Source: an uncultured archaeon
Lineage (GTDB): Archaea; Iainarchaeota; Iainarchaeia; Iainarchaeales; Iainarchaeaceae
NCBI GenBank assembly: GCA_964577555.1
Contig: CAZNZM010000001.1
Location: 125,842-157,841 of the forward strand
DNA length: 32,000 nucleotides
Direction: 5' to 3'
The position numbers and the translations under genes are program-made. The notes beneath the pieces were generated by a model that was not told the DNA's origin, searched no databases, and was given only the letters and a program-made list of their open reading frames with translations. This document shows positions 18,611 to 27,345 of the stretch, in pieces. Numbering within the stretch: the first letter of the stretch is position 1; every line of letters begins with the position of its first letter.

Positions 18611-19009
18611 ATGAGTCTGATAACTTTAACATTTGGTTCTGGTTCAAAGAAAAATATTAACAATAATTCAAACAACGAAAATGAGTCTGGTTTGAGTATT
18701 TCAACGCCTGAAAGTAGGCTAAAACAAAAAATATTGAAAGGAGTATCTAGTGGTACTGTAATTGTAAGAAAAGCATGCAGATTTTATTCGCGCGAGGAAG
18801 TCTTTATTTTGGGAGAAGTAACTGAAGGGCTTGTATCTGATGATATGAAGGTTTTTGTAGGTGAAAAAGAGCTTCATGTTATTGATATTGAATCTAAATA
18901 TGGGCGTGCAGCAAAGCCAGGTATGACTGTTGGAATTACTGTTACTGGAATTGATGACGATGAATTGCCGCAAGGCTCTGCTTTGTGCTTTAAATTAGCA
19001 TCATCGTGA
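18611..19009 (+). CDS. Small beta-barrel (translation factor domain 2-like) protein
   Basis: IVRKACRFYSREEVFILGEVTEGLVSDDMKVFVGEKELHVIDIESKYGRAAKPGMTVGITVTGI; preferred start after GGAG-containing leader. Confidence 0.5.
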   Translation: MSLITLTFGSGSKKNINNNSNNENESGLSISTPESRLKQKILKGVSSGTVIVRKACRFYSREEVFILGEVTEGLVSDDMKVFVGEKELHVIDIESKYGRAAKPGMTVGITVTGIDDDELPQGSALCFKLASS

Positions 19010-19307
19010 ACAGCAAAGAGTATATTTTTGAACTCTTGCAAAAAATTTTTTTGGCTGGCTTTTTTAATAATTAACCTTTATTGTAAATAAAAATGTGTTT
19101 CTGAGTAAGTCTAAGTAAGGTGCAAAGTCGTCTATACTTGTTTACTTGTTTTTAGTATTGTGCTGGTTTTTGCAAAGCGTTTTATTGTGGCAAATCAAAA
19201 AAGTTCTCTACAAAAAAATAAAACAAGCACCTCCGATCTTAAATAAACATAGATTTACAGCCTATAAAGTATTGTTTAAGGTTGATTAAGGTTGAGTGAT
19301 AGTAGTT

Positions 19308-20048
19308 TTATATTTTTACTATAAAAGCTGGTTTGCGTTTGTGTTCTGTGGCTTTTATTTGGGTGAGAATTTTTTTAATGGTGTTTTTCTTATTTCTAGG
19401 TGGTTTTTTTTTGTGGATTATTAATGGCAATAATTCATCCAATTCTTCGTAAGTTATTCCTAATTCTTTTTCATCTTCTTGGCCAAGCCATAGTTCAGCA
19501 GTGGGTGTTTTTTTCAAAAACTGCACTGGCAACTTAAAATATTCAGCCAAAGCTTTTACTTGGCTTTTATAAAGGTCTGCTATTGGAAATATATCTGCTG
19601 CGGCATCACCGTGTTTTGTAAAATAACCCATATAAAATTCGGATTTGTTTCCTGTGCCTACAACAAGGGCGTTATTTGAATTGGCGTAGTTATAAAGAAT
19701 TACTGCTCTTATTCTGGCGTTGAGGTTTGCTTCGGCAATTTTGTTTTGCTTCCAAGGTGTTTGTTCGAACATTTCAAGCTTGCGGTCTATTGGTAGGACA
19801 TGATATTCTACCCCAAAGGTTTCTGCTAAGTTTTTGGCATCCAAAATGTTTTCCATTTTCGTGATTTTTGTGTTTGGCATTATTAAAGCCGTGACGTTTT
19901 CTTTGCCCAACGCTTTTACGAGCAAGGCAAGCACTACTGCCGAGTCTATACCGCCACTCAAACCTAAAACTGCTCTTTTAGAGCCGTTTTCAGCAAAATA
20001 TTTTTTTATTCCGAGAATTATTGTGTTTGCAATCTTTGAAGCATTCAT
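19308..20048 (-). CDS. nadE: NH3-dependent NAD+ synthetase
   Basis: RAVLGLSGGIDSAVVLALL (PP-loop SGGxDS), VVGTGNKSEFYMGYFTKHGDAAADIFPIADLYKSQV. Confidence 0.94.
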   Translation of the reverse strand: MNASKIANTIILGIKKYFAENGSKRAVLGLSGGIDSAVVLALLVKALGKENVTALIMPNTKITKMENILDAKNLAETFGVEYHVLPIDRKLEMFEQTPWKQNKIAEANLNARIRAVILYNYANSNNALVVGTGNKSEFYMGYFTKHGDAAADIFPIADLYKSQVKALAEYFKLPVQFLKKTPTAELWLGQEDEKELGITYEELDELLPLIIHKKKPPRNKKNTIKKILTQIKATEHKRKPAFIVKI

Positions 20049-20103
20049 AAAACATATTGAATTGCATTAAGCTTAAACGCATTGCTTTAAATCAAATAAA
20101 GGC

Positions 20104-20775
20104 TTATTTTTTGTCGATAATTGATATTAAATCTGAAAATGAATTTAATTCATAATCGGCTTTATATTTTGAATTTTTAAATATTTGACCGTATTTTGCC
20201 AAAGCAGTTTTCATGCCAAGGTTTTTTGCTCCAGCAATATCTCTTATAGGATTGTCCCCAACAAATAATATTTCTTCTGGCTTCGCACCGATTACATTTA
20301 ATGCTGCTTTGAATGGCAATTCGTTTGGCTTTGCCACGCCAGTATCGTCAAGAGTTATAACTACATTAAAAAAGTCGGACAATCCCATCTCTGTCAATCT
20401 TAACCAGGCTCTCATTCTTGGAGCATCAGTAACAATTCCTAAAATAAGCCCTTTTTCCTTAAGAGCAATCAAAGTACTCCTAACTCTTGGATATGGTTCC
20501 AAATAACCTGCTTGAACTCTCCTATAAGCAGTAATGCCTCTCGCCAAAATTCGATAATCAACTTTTCCTGTAACTTTTCTCAGGAATTTTTGAAATATTC
20601 TTTGATTTTCAATTCCATGTTCTTCGTAAAGTTCAAACAATTTCTTGTAAGCTTCGTCCTTTGCCATGTTTAAACCAGCATCAATCATGGCTGAAATTGC
20701 GGCTTCGCAACTTCTTCGTTTCATTGTCATAAAATCGATTAAAGTATTATCAAGGTCAAAGAGAACTGCTTTCAT
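20104..20775 (-). CDS. HAD superfamily hydrolase (phosphatase)
   Basis: MKAVLFDLDNTLIDF, LGIVTDAPRMRA, FVGDNPIRDIAGAKNLGMKTALA. Confidence 0.88.
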   Translation of the reverse strand: MKAVLFDLDNTLIDFMTMKRRSCEAAISAMIDAGLNMAKDEAYKKLFELYEEHGIENQRIFQKFLRKVTGKVDYRILARGITAYRRVQAGYLEPYPRVRSTLIALKEKGLILGIVTDAPRMRAWLRLTEMGLSDFFNVVITLDDTGVAKPNELPFKAALNVIGAKPEEILFVGDNPIRDIAGAKNLGMKTALAKYGQIFKNSKYKADYELNSFSDLISIIDKK

Positions 20776-20840
20776 TTGATATAAAATTGGGACTAATAGG
20801 ATAAAAACTTTATATATAGGTTAATTCATTTTTTAAAGGT

Positions 20841-21077
20841 ATGAAAATTGATGAAAGTACAAAAGTTTTTGGAAAATCAATTTCGTTTTTTGTTTATGGT
20901 GTAGCGCTAGGCTCTCTTTTTATTTGGTGTATAATTCAAGGTATTAAAGTTCATTTAAACAACATGGAAACACTTGCGTTTTCCTATTATTTTTTAGGGT
21001 GGGTATCAGGGGTTGGGGGTTTGGCGCTTTATTGGCAAGCAAAAAGACTCTTCCACTTTGCTGAAATATCAAAATAA
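20841..21077 (+). CDS. Small two-TM membrane protein
   Basis: Two hydrophobic segments (ISFFVYGVALGSLFIWCIIQGI; FSYYFLGWVSGVGGLALYW). Confidence 0.55.
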   Translation: MKIDESTKVFGKSISFFVYGVALGSLFIWCIIQGIKVHLNNMETLAFSYYFLGWVSGVGGLALYWQAKRLFHFAEISK

Positions 21078-21101
21078 AAAATTAAGAAACTGATTTTTGT
21101 T

Positions 21102-21350
21102 TTATTTTTTCTTTTTTGGTGATGCTGAGTTTTCAATTATTGTTTTGTCACCATCAAACCCAAACAAGTCTTCAACTTTTTTTCCTGATTTTACGCTTTC
21201 GTTGAATTCTTTAATATCTTCTTCATCCAAACCCAAATTTTTCAATATCTTGTCATGATCTTCTAAAGTCATTTGGTTAAATTCTTCCCTCCAAATCTTC
21301 ATATCTTCAGTGTCTGGAAGAGGATGGCCTTCCCTTTTTCTTGTTATCAT
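21102..21350 (-). CDS. Small hypothetical acidic protein
   Basis: ORF 82 aa, not low complexity. Confidence 0.5.
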   Translation of the reverse strand: MITRKREGHPLPDTEDMKIWREEFNQMTLEDHDKILKNLGLDEEDIKEFNESVKSGKKVEDLFGFDGDKTIIENSASPKKKK

Positions 21351-21499
21351 GACATAATAAACGCCTTACAGCTTTATAAATTTTACAGAAAACATTGCCA
21401 GCAAAAAACATTAAAAAGAGAAAAAGCCAAAATATTGGAAGGAAAACAAACTAAGCCAAATAATTTAATTACAAACAAAAAAATTAACTGGAATTTGTA

Positions 21500-22135
21500 A
21501 AAAACAAGGATAAATTCAATTGCAAGAAAAAATAGTTCAAAATTTGGCAAATAAAATAAAATTGAAAAAAAACGGCTCGCCAAAAAAACAAAATTAAAAA
21601 AATGGCTTGCAAAAAAAACAAACAAAAAAAACGACTTGCAAAAAAATGAAAAAAATAAAAAAACAACTCAAAAAACAAACAACAAAAAAACAACTTGACA
21701 AAAAAAAAGAATTCAAAAAAAAAAAGAAAAATGACAAAAAAATTGGCTTGCAAAACAAATCCAAAAATAAAAAACTTGACCAAAAAAAACAACAAAAACA
21801 AAACTCACAAAAAAATGACCACAAAAAAATCAGCTTGCAAAAAACAAAACAAAAAAAATAAAAAAAAACAAATTTCAAAAAAAACGTCTAACAAAAAAAT
21901 AAAAAAAACACACAAAAAAAATTACCAAAAAAAAACAAACAACAACAAAAAAACTTGACTCAAAAAAAACAAAATTGGCTCGCAAAAAAAACCAAGCCAC
22001 AAAAAAAATAACCCAATTAAAAAAAATACATAGAAACGCTTAAAATACAAAAAAAGAAAAATCACAAAAAAAACAGCTCACAAAAAACACAAAAAAATAA
22101 TTTATTTTTCAAAAAAGTTTCGTGATAAAAGTTTT
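21500..22135. repeat. A-rich modular intergenic repeat array, same family as 11.6-12.3 kb
   Basis: Shares the CGGCTCGCCAAAAAAACAAAATTAAAAAAATGGCTTGCAAAAA and CTTGACA(A)nGAATTC(A)nGAAAAATGACA(A)nTTGGCTTGCAAAA modules. Confidence 0.8.
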
Positions 22136-22146
22136 ATTGTTCAAAT

Positions 22147-23025
22147 ATGTTCTTATTTAACATGGACGAAAAAGATCAGGAAGCGATTAAAGAAGCAGAA
22201 TATCCAAAATTTATCATGGAATTCAAACAAGAACTCATAATAGCAGGATTAAGCCCTCGGACGATAAAAATGTATTTGCTTTACATTTCAGATTTTTTTG
22301 AATTTACAAAAAAAGAGCCAAAAGACATAACCAGAAGCGATATTGTCAATTTTTTGGCAAAAATTAAAGAGAGAGGTAATTCAAATGCCACTCTTGCGCT
22401 TTGCCATGCGGCATTTAAATATTTTTTCCAAACGTGGCTGAAAATGAATGTATTAAATGATGTAAAAATTCCTAAAAAAAACAAACACCTGCCTATTGTC
22501 CTTTCTAAAGAGGAAGTTAAACAATTACTCCAAGCAGTAAAACCAGGCAAAAACAGATTGCTTCTTCAATTTATTTATTCGACTGGAACACGAGTAAGCG
22601 AAGCTGTAAATATGAAAGTAGAAGATTTTAATTCCAAAGAAAGAATAGCAAAGGTAAAATCTGGAAAAGGAGACAAAGACAGGATAATAATTCTTTCAAA
22701 AAATTGGTGTTTAATGGCAAAAAAATATTTGGAAAGAAAAAAAGTAAAAAGTCAATTTTTTTTCACTAAAAAGAATGGAAAACCAATAACAGCAACTACA
22801 GTTCAGAGAATAGTAAGATACGCAGCCAAAAAAGCAGGTTTGAACAAGGAAGTAACCCCGCACACTCTCAGGCATAGTTTTGCCACTCATTTGCTTGAGG
22901 CTGGAGAAAACATTAGAAATATACAAGAATTGCTTGGGCATAGCAGTTTAAGCACAACACAAATATACACTCACGTTTCAACAGAACAATTAAAAAAAGT
23001 CAAAAGCCCCCTTGATGAATTATAA
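22147..23025 (+). CDS. xerA: XerC/D-like site-specific tyrosine recombinase (XerA-type)
   Basis: STGTRVSEAVNM (Arg), TPHTLRHSFATHLLEAG (HxLR), LLGHSSLSTTQIYTHVS (GHSS, Tyr nucleophile). Confidence 0.9.
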   Translation: MFLFNMDEKDQEAIKEAEYPKFIMEFKQELIIAGLSPRTIKMYLLYISDFFEFTKKEPKDITRSDIVNFLAKIKERGNSNATLALCHAAFKYFFQTWLKMNVLNDVKIPKKNKHLPIVLSKEEVKQLLQAVKPGKNRLLLQFIYSTGTRVSEAVNMKVEDFNSKERIAKVKSGKGDKDRIIILSKNWCLMAKKYLERKKVKSQFFFTKKNGKPITATTVQRIVRYAAKKAGLNKEVTPHTLRHSFATHLLEAGENIRNIQELLGHSSLSTTQIYTHVSTEQLKKVKSPLDEL

Positions 23026-23055
23026 ATAAACAAAGGCAAAAGCAAAGATTTTGAT

Positions 23056-23075
23056 ACCCCCTTTAGTTCCACTAA
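23056..23075 (-). promoter_or_regulatory. Origin recognition box (ORB)-like element
   Basis: Reverse strand TTAGTGGAACTAAAGGGGGT: GTGGAA half-site, 6 nt, G-string. Confidence 0.4.
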
Positions 23076-23445
23076 TAAGTGTGGTGATTTGGCGTTTTCA
23101 ACACAAAAGAAGATAATTTGCCAACAAACACAGACATAGACCAAACACGAGTTTGTTGATTTTTTTAATTATGAAAAAAACTTTTGTTATGTAGCAACGC
23201 TCGGCAATGTTGATTGATGAATAATAAAAAATTTTTGAAAATAAAAATTGAGAATATGAAGTAATGTTTGGACTCTTACTTATTGTGATTTTAAAAACAA
23301 TGAATTTTATACTAAGGTTTATTTTATTGTAGAATTCATATTTCAAATTTTTTTAGCTTGAGTTTTTGTTGAATTTTAATGTAAAGATTTATATATGTGA
23401 TATTTCTTATTATTTCAAAATTGTTTTTATGAGGAGGAATTACAA

Positions 23446-23775
23446 ATGACCACTAGAATTTCAAAGCTCTTCGGTATGGATATTTATACTACTGAAGGTG
23501 ATTATAAAGGAAAAGTTTTTGATCTTGTTATAAACCTTGAAAAGGGCAGGATTGAAACAATAACCACCGAACCATTAAAAGCCAGGACAAAGCAGGAAGC
23601 GAAAAAAATCATTACAGAAAAAAGTGTGCCTTACAACAGAGTAAGAGCCGCCAAAGACATAATTGTTGTGGGCAACACCCCGAGGCCTGATGCTCTTGAA
23701 GAGGAAGAAGAACCAGCACCACCAGTAAGGCCCGGCATGAGGCCTCTGCCACCAAGGTTACCAAAAAGATATTAA
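23446..23775 (+). CDS. PRC-barrel domain protein
   Basis: RISKLFGMDIYTTEGDYKGKVFDLVINLEKGRIETI...EKSVPYNRVRAAKDIIVV. Confidence 0.8.
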   Translation: MTTRISKLFGMDIYTTEGDYKGKVFDLVINLEKGRIETITTEPLKARTKQEAKKIITEKSVPYNRVRAAKDIIVVGNTPRPDALEEEEEPAPPVRPGMRPLPPRLPKRY

Positions 23776-23862
23776 ATTAAAAAAACATATTTTGTTTAAC
23801 TATCAATGTTTATGTTTTAATTTTATACATAAGAAAATTTTAAAATAATAAACATTATATTA

Positions 23863-24465
23863 GTGGAAGTGTGGGGTCTCACTTTGGTTAAAGGGTTTTA
23901 TATAAAGTATAATTTCATTTTGGCTGATAATGTTAAGTATTCTTCATATACTTACCAGAAGCTTTTTAGGGCAATTTATGGTTATACTCAAAATGTAACA
24001 AAAGCTAATGGTAAGACTTATCGTTATCATAGGAAGGGTGTTCTTTCTGACGTTCCCTATATAAAAACCGGTAAAAACAGTGTTATTATTCCTCCTAAAG
24101 CTCTCAATTCTTTGGATAATTTTTTTAAGACTGGCAAAAACCCCGCTCATTATTGGCAAGCTAAGGGTAATTGGAAGGCTACTTTTTACATGGATGAAAA
24201 GGAGCTTGGCGAGTCTCAGGTTGTTGCGGCAATTAAATCTCATATTTCTCGCGCTTTTCAGACTATGTCTGGTGATGTGTTTGTGCCTGATATTACTGTT
24301 CTTGCTGGGAAGGCTAAAGCTGGCGAGGTTGTTCCTGAAGAGCACATAAAAATTTCTTTGGAGGAGGCTGAGAAAATCATTTCTAATCCTTGGTTTAAGG
24401 ATGTTTATTCAAAAGATCCTGATTTGAAGAAGTTTTTTGAAAATTATAAATTTTTTAAACCTTAG
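23863..24465 (+). CDS. Hypothetical protein, 200 aa (GTG start or downstream start)
   Basis: Long ORF, non-low-complexity; no recognised family. Confidence 0.6.
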   Translation: MEVWGLTLVKGFYIKYNFILADNVKYSSYTYQKLFRAIYGYTQNVTKANGKTYRYHRKGVLSDVPYIKTGKNSVIIPPKALNSLDNFFKTGKNPAHYWQAKGNWKATFYMDEKELGESQVVAAIKSHISRAFQTMSGDVFVPDITVLAGKAKAGEVVPEEHIKISLEEAEKIISNPWFKDVYSKDPDLKKFFENYKFFKP

Positions 24466-24657
24466 TGTTTTCTTTGTTTTAATTATTTTTTGTTTTTGCA
24501 AGCTTGTTTTTTTATTATTTTTTTTAGTCTAAATTTGTTTTTTATGGTTTTATGTTTTTTGCTTTTCAGTGTTTTGTTTTTTGTTGGGCACTCTTTAATT
24601 AATTAACTTAATTAAATTATTAACTTTATTTTGTTAAAATTTTTAAAAATCAATTTG

Positions 24658-25071
24658 TTATGTAGTATTTGTAACGGTCTTTTTTTCCTCTTTCTTTTCC
24701 TCCTCATTTTTTGCTTTTATTTTTATCAATATGTCTTTTTTTCTCCACTTCTTTTTTTCCCCTATGTTTGTTGTCTCCAAAAGACCAACATCTACAAGGG
24801 TTTTCACGTATGGGTATAAACTTCTTTTATTTTGGTAATCTACCCCAAAAAGTTCTTTTATTCTCCTTAATATTTCTTCCATTGTTACCCATTCCTCAAA
24901 TCCGATGACTGTTAAAATATGAGCTGCCTGGGTATTTTCATTAAATTTTATATAATCCCATATACTGTGGATTTCTTCTATTTCTGGTTTTGTTTCATAT
25001 ATTGTCTTATTTTCCTCTTTTTGAGGCCGATTTCCAAACAGGATTTTTTTTATAAATTCTATTATTGCCAT
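24658..25071 (-). CDS. Hypothetical protein, putative winged-helix domain, lysine/glutamate-rich C-terminus
   Basis: TMEEILRRIKELFGVDYQNKRSLYPYVKTLVDVGLLETTNIGEKKKWRKKD looks like wHTH plus wing. Confidence 0.6.
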   Translation of the reverse strand: MAIIEFIKKILFGNRPQKEENKTIYETKPEIEEIHSIWDYIKFNENTQAAHILTVIGFEEWVTMEEILRRIKELFGVDYQNKRSLYPYVKTLVDVGLLETTNIGEKKKWRKKDILIKIKAKNEEEKKEEKKTVTNTT

Positions 25072-25079
25072 GGTTAATA

Positions 25080-25169
25080 GTAATTACTGCTATCTTCTTA
25101 TAATCTTTACTGTAATTTCTGTAATTACTAAATTTACTTACTGTAATTTCTATTCATTATAGTAATTAC
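25080..25169. promoter_or_regulatory. Operator-like array of GTAATTAC palindromes, 41-bp period
   Basis: GTAATTAC at 25080-25087, 25121-25128, 25162-25169; TTACTGTAATTTCT direct repeats at 25107-25120 and 25138-25151. Confidence 0.6.
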
Positions 25170-25504
25170 TTAATTATTTTCGTTGTTTGACTAATTTTGT
25201 GAGAATTTTTAAATTTTTTCTAAATGTTCAAGTTAAAAGTGAGTTTTTTTATAAGTATAAAAAATTTCTAAAAATTACGAGTTGTTTTCTTTCAAAAATT
25301 TTAAATTTTTTGAGTAGGTTTTTCCAACTAGATTTTTTTCCCAAATACTTTTTTTTATACTGTTGGTTTAAATTGAGTGTTTTTATTTTTTGTATTTTTA
25401 TTGAATTTTTTTAGAAATTGATTTTTCACTATAAAAAAAATTATAAATTAACTAATTAAAATTAAAAAATTAGGGTTTATTTGTTTGTTTTTTTGAAAAT
25501 ATAT

Positions 25505-25578
25505 AGCGGGGGAAGGATTTGAACCTCCGACCTTCGGGTTATGAGCCCGACGGGCACTCCTGACTGCCCCACCCCGCT
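25505..25578 (-). tRNA. Initiator tRNA-Met(CAT)
   Basis: Reverse strand AGCGGGGTGGGGCAGTCAGGAGTGCCCGTCGGGCTCATAACCCGAAGGTCGGAGGTTCAAATCCTTCCCCCGCT; three G:C pairs in the anticodon stem and A1-U72. Confidence 0.93.
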
Positions 25579-25775
25579 GTTTTAAAATTTATTGCTCCAA
25601 AACGTTTATTAAAACTCTTTTTTTTGTTATCCAGTTCAATTTTAATTTATTTTTTCAAAAAAACCTTTTTTCATGCTTTTTAAATCATAAATAATCTTAT
25701 TGATGTTTTATTTGGCGGTTTTTTTGTTTTTTTCTTGGTTGTTATTTTGTTATTTAATTTGTCCAAGAATTTGTG

Positions 25776-26318
25776 TTATTTTAATAGTTCTTTTATTGCT
25801 TCTACCTCCTTTTTTAAGTTTTCCATTTTTTTTTCAAGCTCTTTGATTCTTTTTTTGTTGTCTATTGCTTCTAGTGGTTTTCCAGTTTCTGGGCATTTGA
25901 AATCATATTCTGCCGCGATTTCAAATGGGTATTCTGCCATTCCTTTTCCCGCGCTGAAGAATACGTGTCCGCCTTGAAATTCTATGTCTTTTTCTAGTTT
26001 TTGCATTTGTTCTGCTTGTTTTTCAAGAATTAGCTCTGAAATTCTATCTGGTTTGATTTCCCAAGTATATGAATACCACCCTGTTTTGTTGTTTCTTGTT
26101 TTTTGGTAACATGCTACTCCTCTATAATGTAGTCTGTTCAAAATTGCTCTTATTTCTGTTATTTTTAGGGGAAGTTTTTTGCCAATTTCTTCATCAGTAA
26201 TTGGTTTTTTCTTGTTTATGCAGATTTTTACAAGTTCGATAGCAAATTCTCCGCCTATATCTTTAAGGAAATCTTTTACTATTTGGAATTCGTATATTTT
26301 TTTTTGGCGTTTTTGCAT
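25776..26318 (-). CDS. tfe: Transcription initiation factor TFE (alpha)
   Basis: PITDEEIGKKLPLKITEIRAILNRLHYRGVACYQKTRNNKTGWYSYTWEI winged helix followed by degenerate zinc-ribbon region. Confidence 0.85.
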   Translation of the reverse strand: MQKRQKKIYEFQIVKDFLKDIGGEFAIELVKICINKKKPITDEEIGKKLPLKITEIRAILNRLHYRGVACYQKTRNNKTGWYSYTWEIKPDRISELILEKQAEQMQKLEKDIEFQGGHVFFSAGKGMAEYPFEIAAEYDFKCPETGKPLEAIDNKKRIKELEKKMENLKKEVEAIKELLK

Positions 26319-26394
26319 AGGATATTTTTTCCATAGTTGATTTTTTAAATTGATTATTGGGAGAGCTGTTAAGTAAACGTCACCTATAACATAT

Positions 26395-26590
26395 GCGATT
26401 TAACGATGTTTTTCGGGCTACCTTTAAAATTATAAATTTCCGAAAAATATGGGTCGAGAGGGTGCAACCCTCGAGCCGTTAAATCGCTGTTCATTTCCCC
26501 TGAATACTTGGAAGGGTTGAGTTTTAGTGCAACGGTCGGCGTAGCAGAAAAACTCAAAGTCGCGAGGGCGCCGAAATTTTTTGCCACCGT
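26395..26590. ncRNA. Candidate structured non-coding RNA of unknown family, strand unresolved
   Basis: GCGATTTAACG (26395-26405)/CGTTAAATCGC (26477-26487); TTTTTCGG (26409-26416)/CCGAAAAA (26440-26447); GAGGGT-GCA-ACCCTC (26458-26472); TTGAGTTTT (26517-26525)/AAAACTCAA (26549-26557). G+C higher than neighbouring intergenic DNA. Confidence 0.6.
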
Positions 26591-26594
26591 AGTT

Positions 26595-26742
26595 TTTTCT
26601 TAATTTTTATTGTTTTTTTGTTGTTTGTTTTTGTGAGCCAATTTTTATTTTTTTTCAATTTTTTTTGCAGGTCGTTTTTTTTATTGTTTTTTTAATTGAA
26701 ATTTTTTGTTGTGCCACAAATTGTTTTTTTTTTGCATTTTTT
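26595..26742. repeat. T-rich intergenic segment with GTGAGCCAA / GCAGG motifs
   Basis: 'tttttgtgagccaatttttatttttt' matches the module core seen at 31.7-32.0 kb. Confidence 0.45.
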
Positions 26743-27315
26743 TTATAATTGGTTTTTTGTTTGTGTTTTTTTTATTTTTTTTCCTTTTTCAATTGGTTCT
26801 ATTTCGATTTTTGCTTCTTTGAATTTTTTTTCTAGTTCTTTTCCTTTTTGTAGTCTGTCAAGAAATACTGCTAATGCAGCAATTTCTGAGTGTGGTTGCA
26901 AGGTTATTGATATGTTGTAATCTGCTTGTTTGTATACTTCTGGTTCGACTTTTTGTGAACCTATGATTATTAGTATTTTTTCTTTTTTTGCTATTTCGTT
27001 TTCTATTTTTTGTGTCGGTATTCCATACATTGTGAGGTGTACTATGGTGTATCCTTCTTGTTTGTAGTGTTCCATTCTTTTTTTCCAATTGTCGTGGAAT
27101 TCTATTTTTGTTTCGTTTCCCCATTTTTCGTTTATTTTTTTTAAGGTAGTTTCTATTTTTTTGTCATATTCCCCTATTATTTCTATTTTTTCTGCTCCAA
27201 AAGCTCTTGCGACGAGGCAGCAATGGCTTGTTACTCTGTAATCTCTTACGTGTCTGTGGCCATATCTTAGGACTATGATGCTTTTTGTCATTATTAGTTT
27301 TGTTTTTGGAAGCAT
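26743..27315 (-). CDS. trm56: tRNA (cytidine(56)-2'-O)-methyltransferase aTrm56 (likely start at internal Met, 27291)
   Basis: IIVLRYGHRHVRDYRVTSHCCLVARAFGAEKI...VHLTMYGIPTQ...KILIIIGSQKVEPEVYKQADYNISITLQPHSEIAALAVFLDR. Confidence 0.88.
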   Translation of the reverse strand: MLPKTKLIMTKSIIVLRYGHRHVRDYRVTSHCCLVARAFGAEKIEIIGEYDKKIETTLKKINEKWGNETKIEFHDNWKKRMEHYKQEGYTIVHLTMYGIPTQKIENEIAKKEKILIIIGSQKVEPEVYKQADYNISITLQPHSEIAALAVFLDRLQKGKELEKKFKEAKIEIEPIEKGKKIKKTQTKNQL

Positions 27316-27345
27316 TTTTTATTACTTCTTGGTGTTATTTTATTC

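Noticed and set aside
21607-21958. Overlapping Lys/Asn/Gln-rich ORFs in both strands of the A-rich arrays (also 11580-12183, 21383-21878, 31543-31857)
   Set aside because: Translations are simple products of poly-A/poly-T in every frame (KKNKK, FFFCFF), with no codon structure; the region is repeat DNA.
22147-23025. Integron, phage or transposon integrase
   Set aside because: The protein is a stand-alone XerA-type recombinase among housekeeping genes, with no attachment duplications or cargo seen; a chromosomal role is more likely.
26384-26587. 67-aa minus-strand ORF
   Set aside because: Coincides with the structured RNA candidate; the inverted repeats explain the sequence better than a protein.
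26395-26590. SRP RNA or RNase P RNA assignment of the structured region
   Set aside because: A GGAAGG word near 26511 recalls SRP helix 8 and the fold is complex, but the diagnostic conserved blocks could not be found by eye, so the family is left open.
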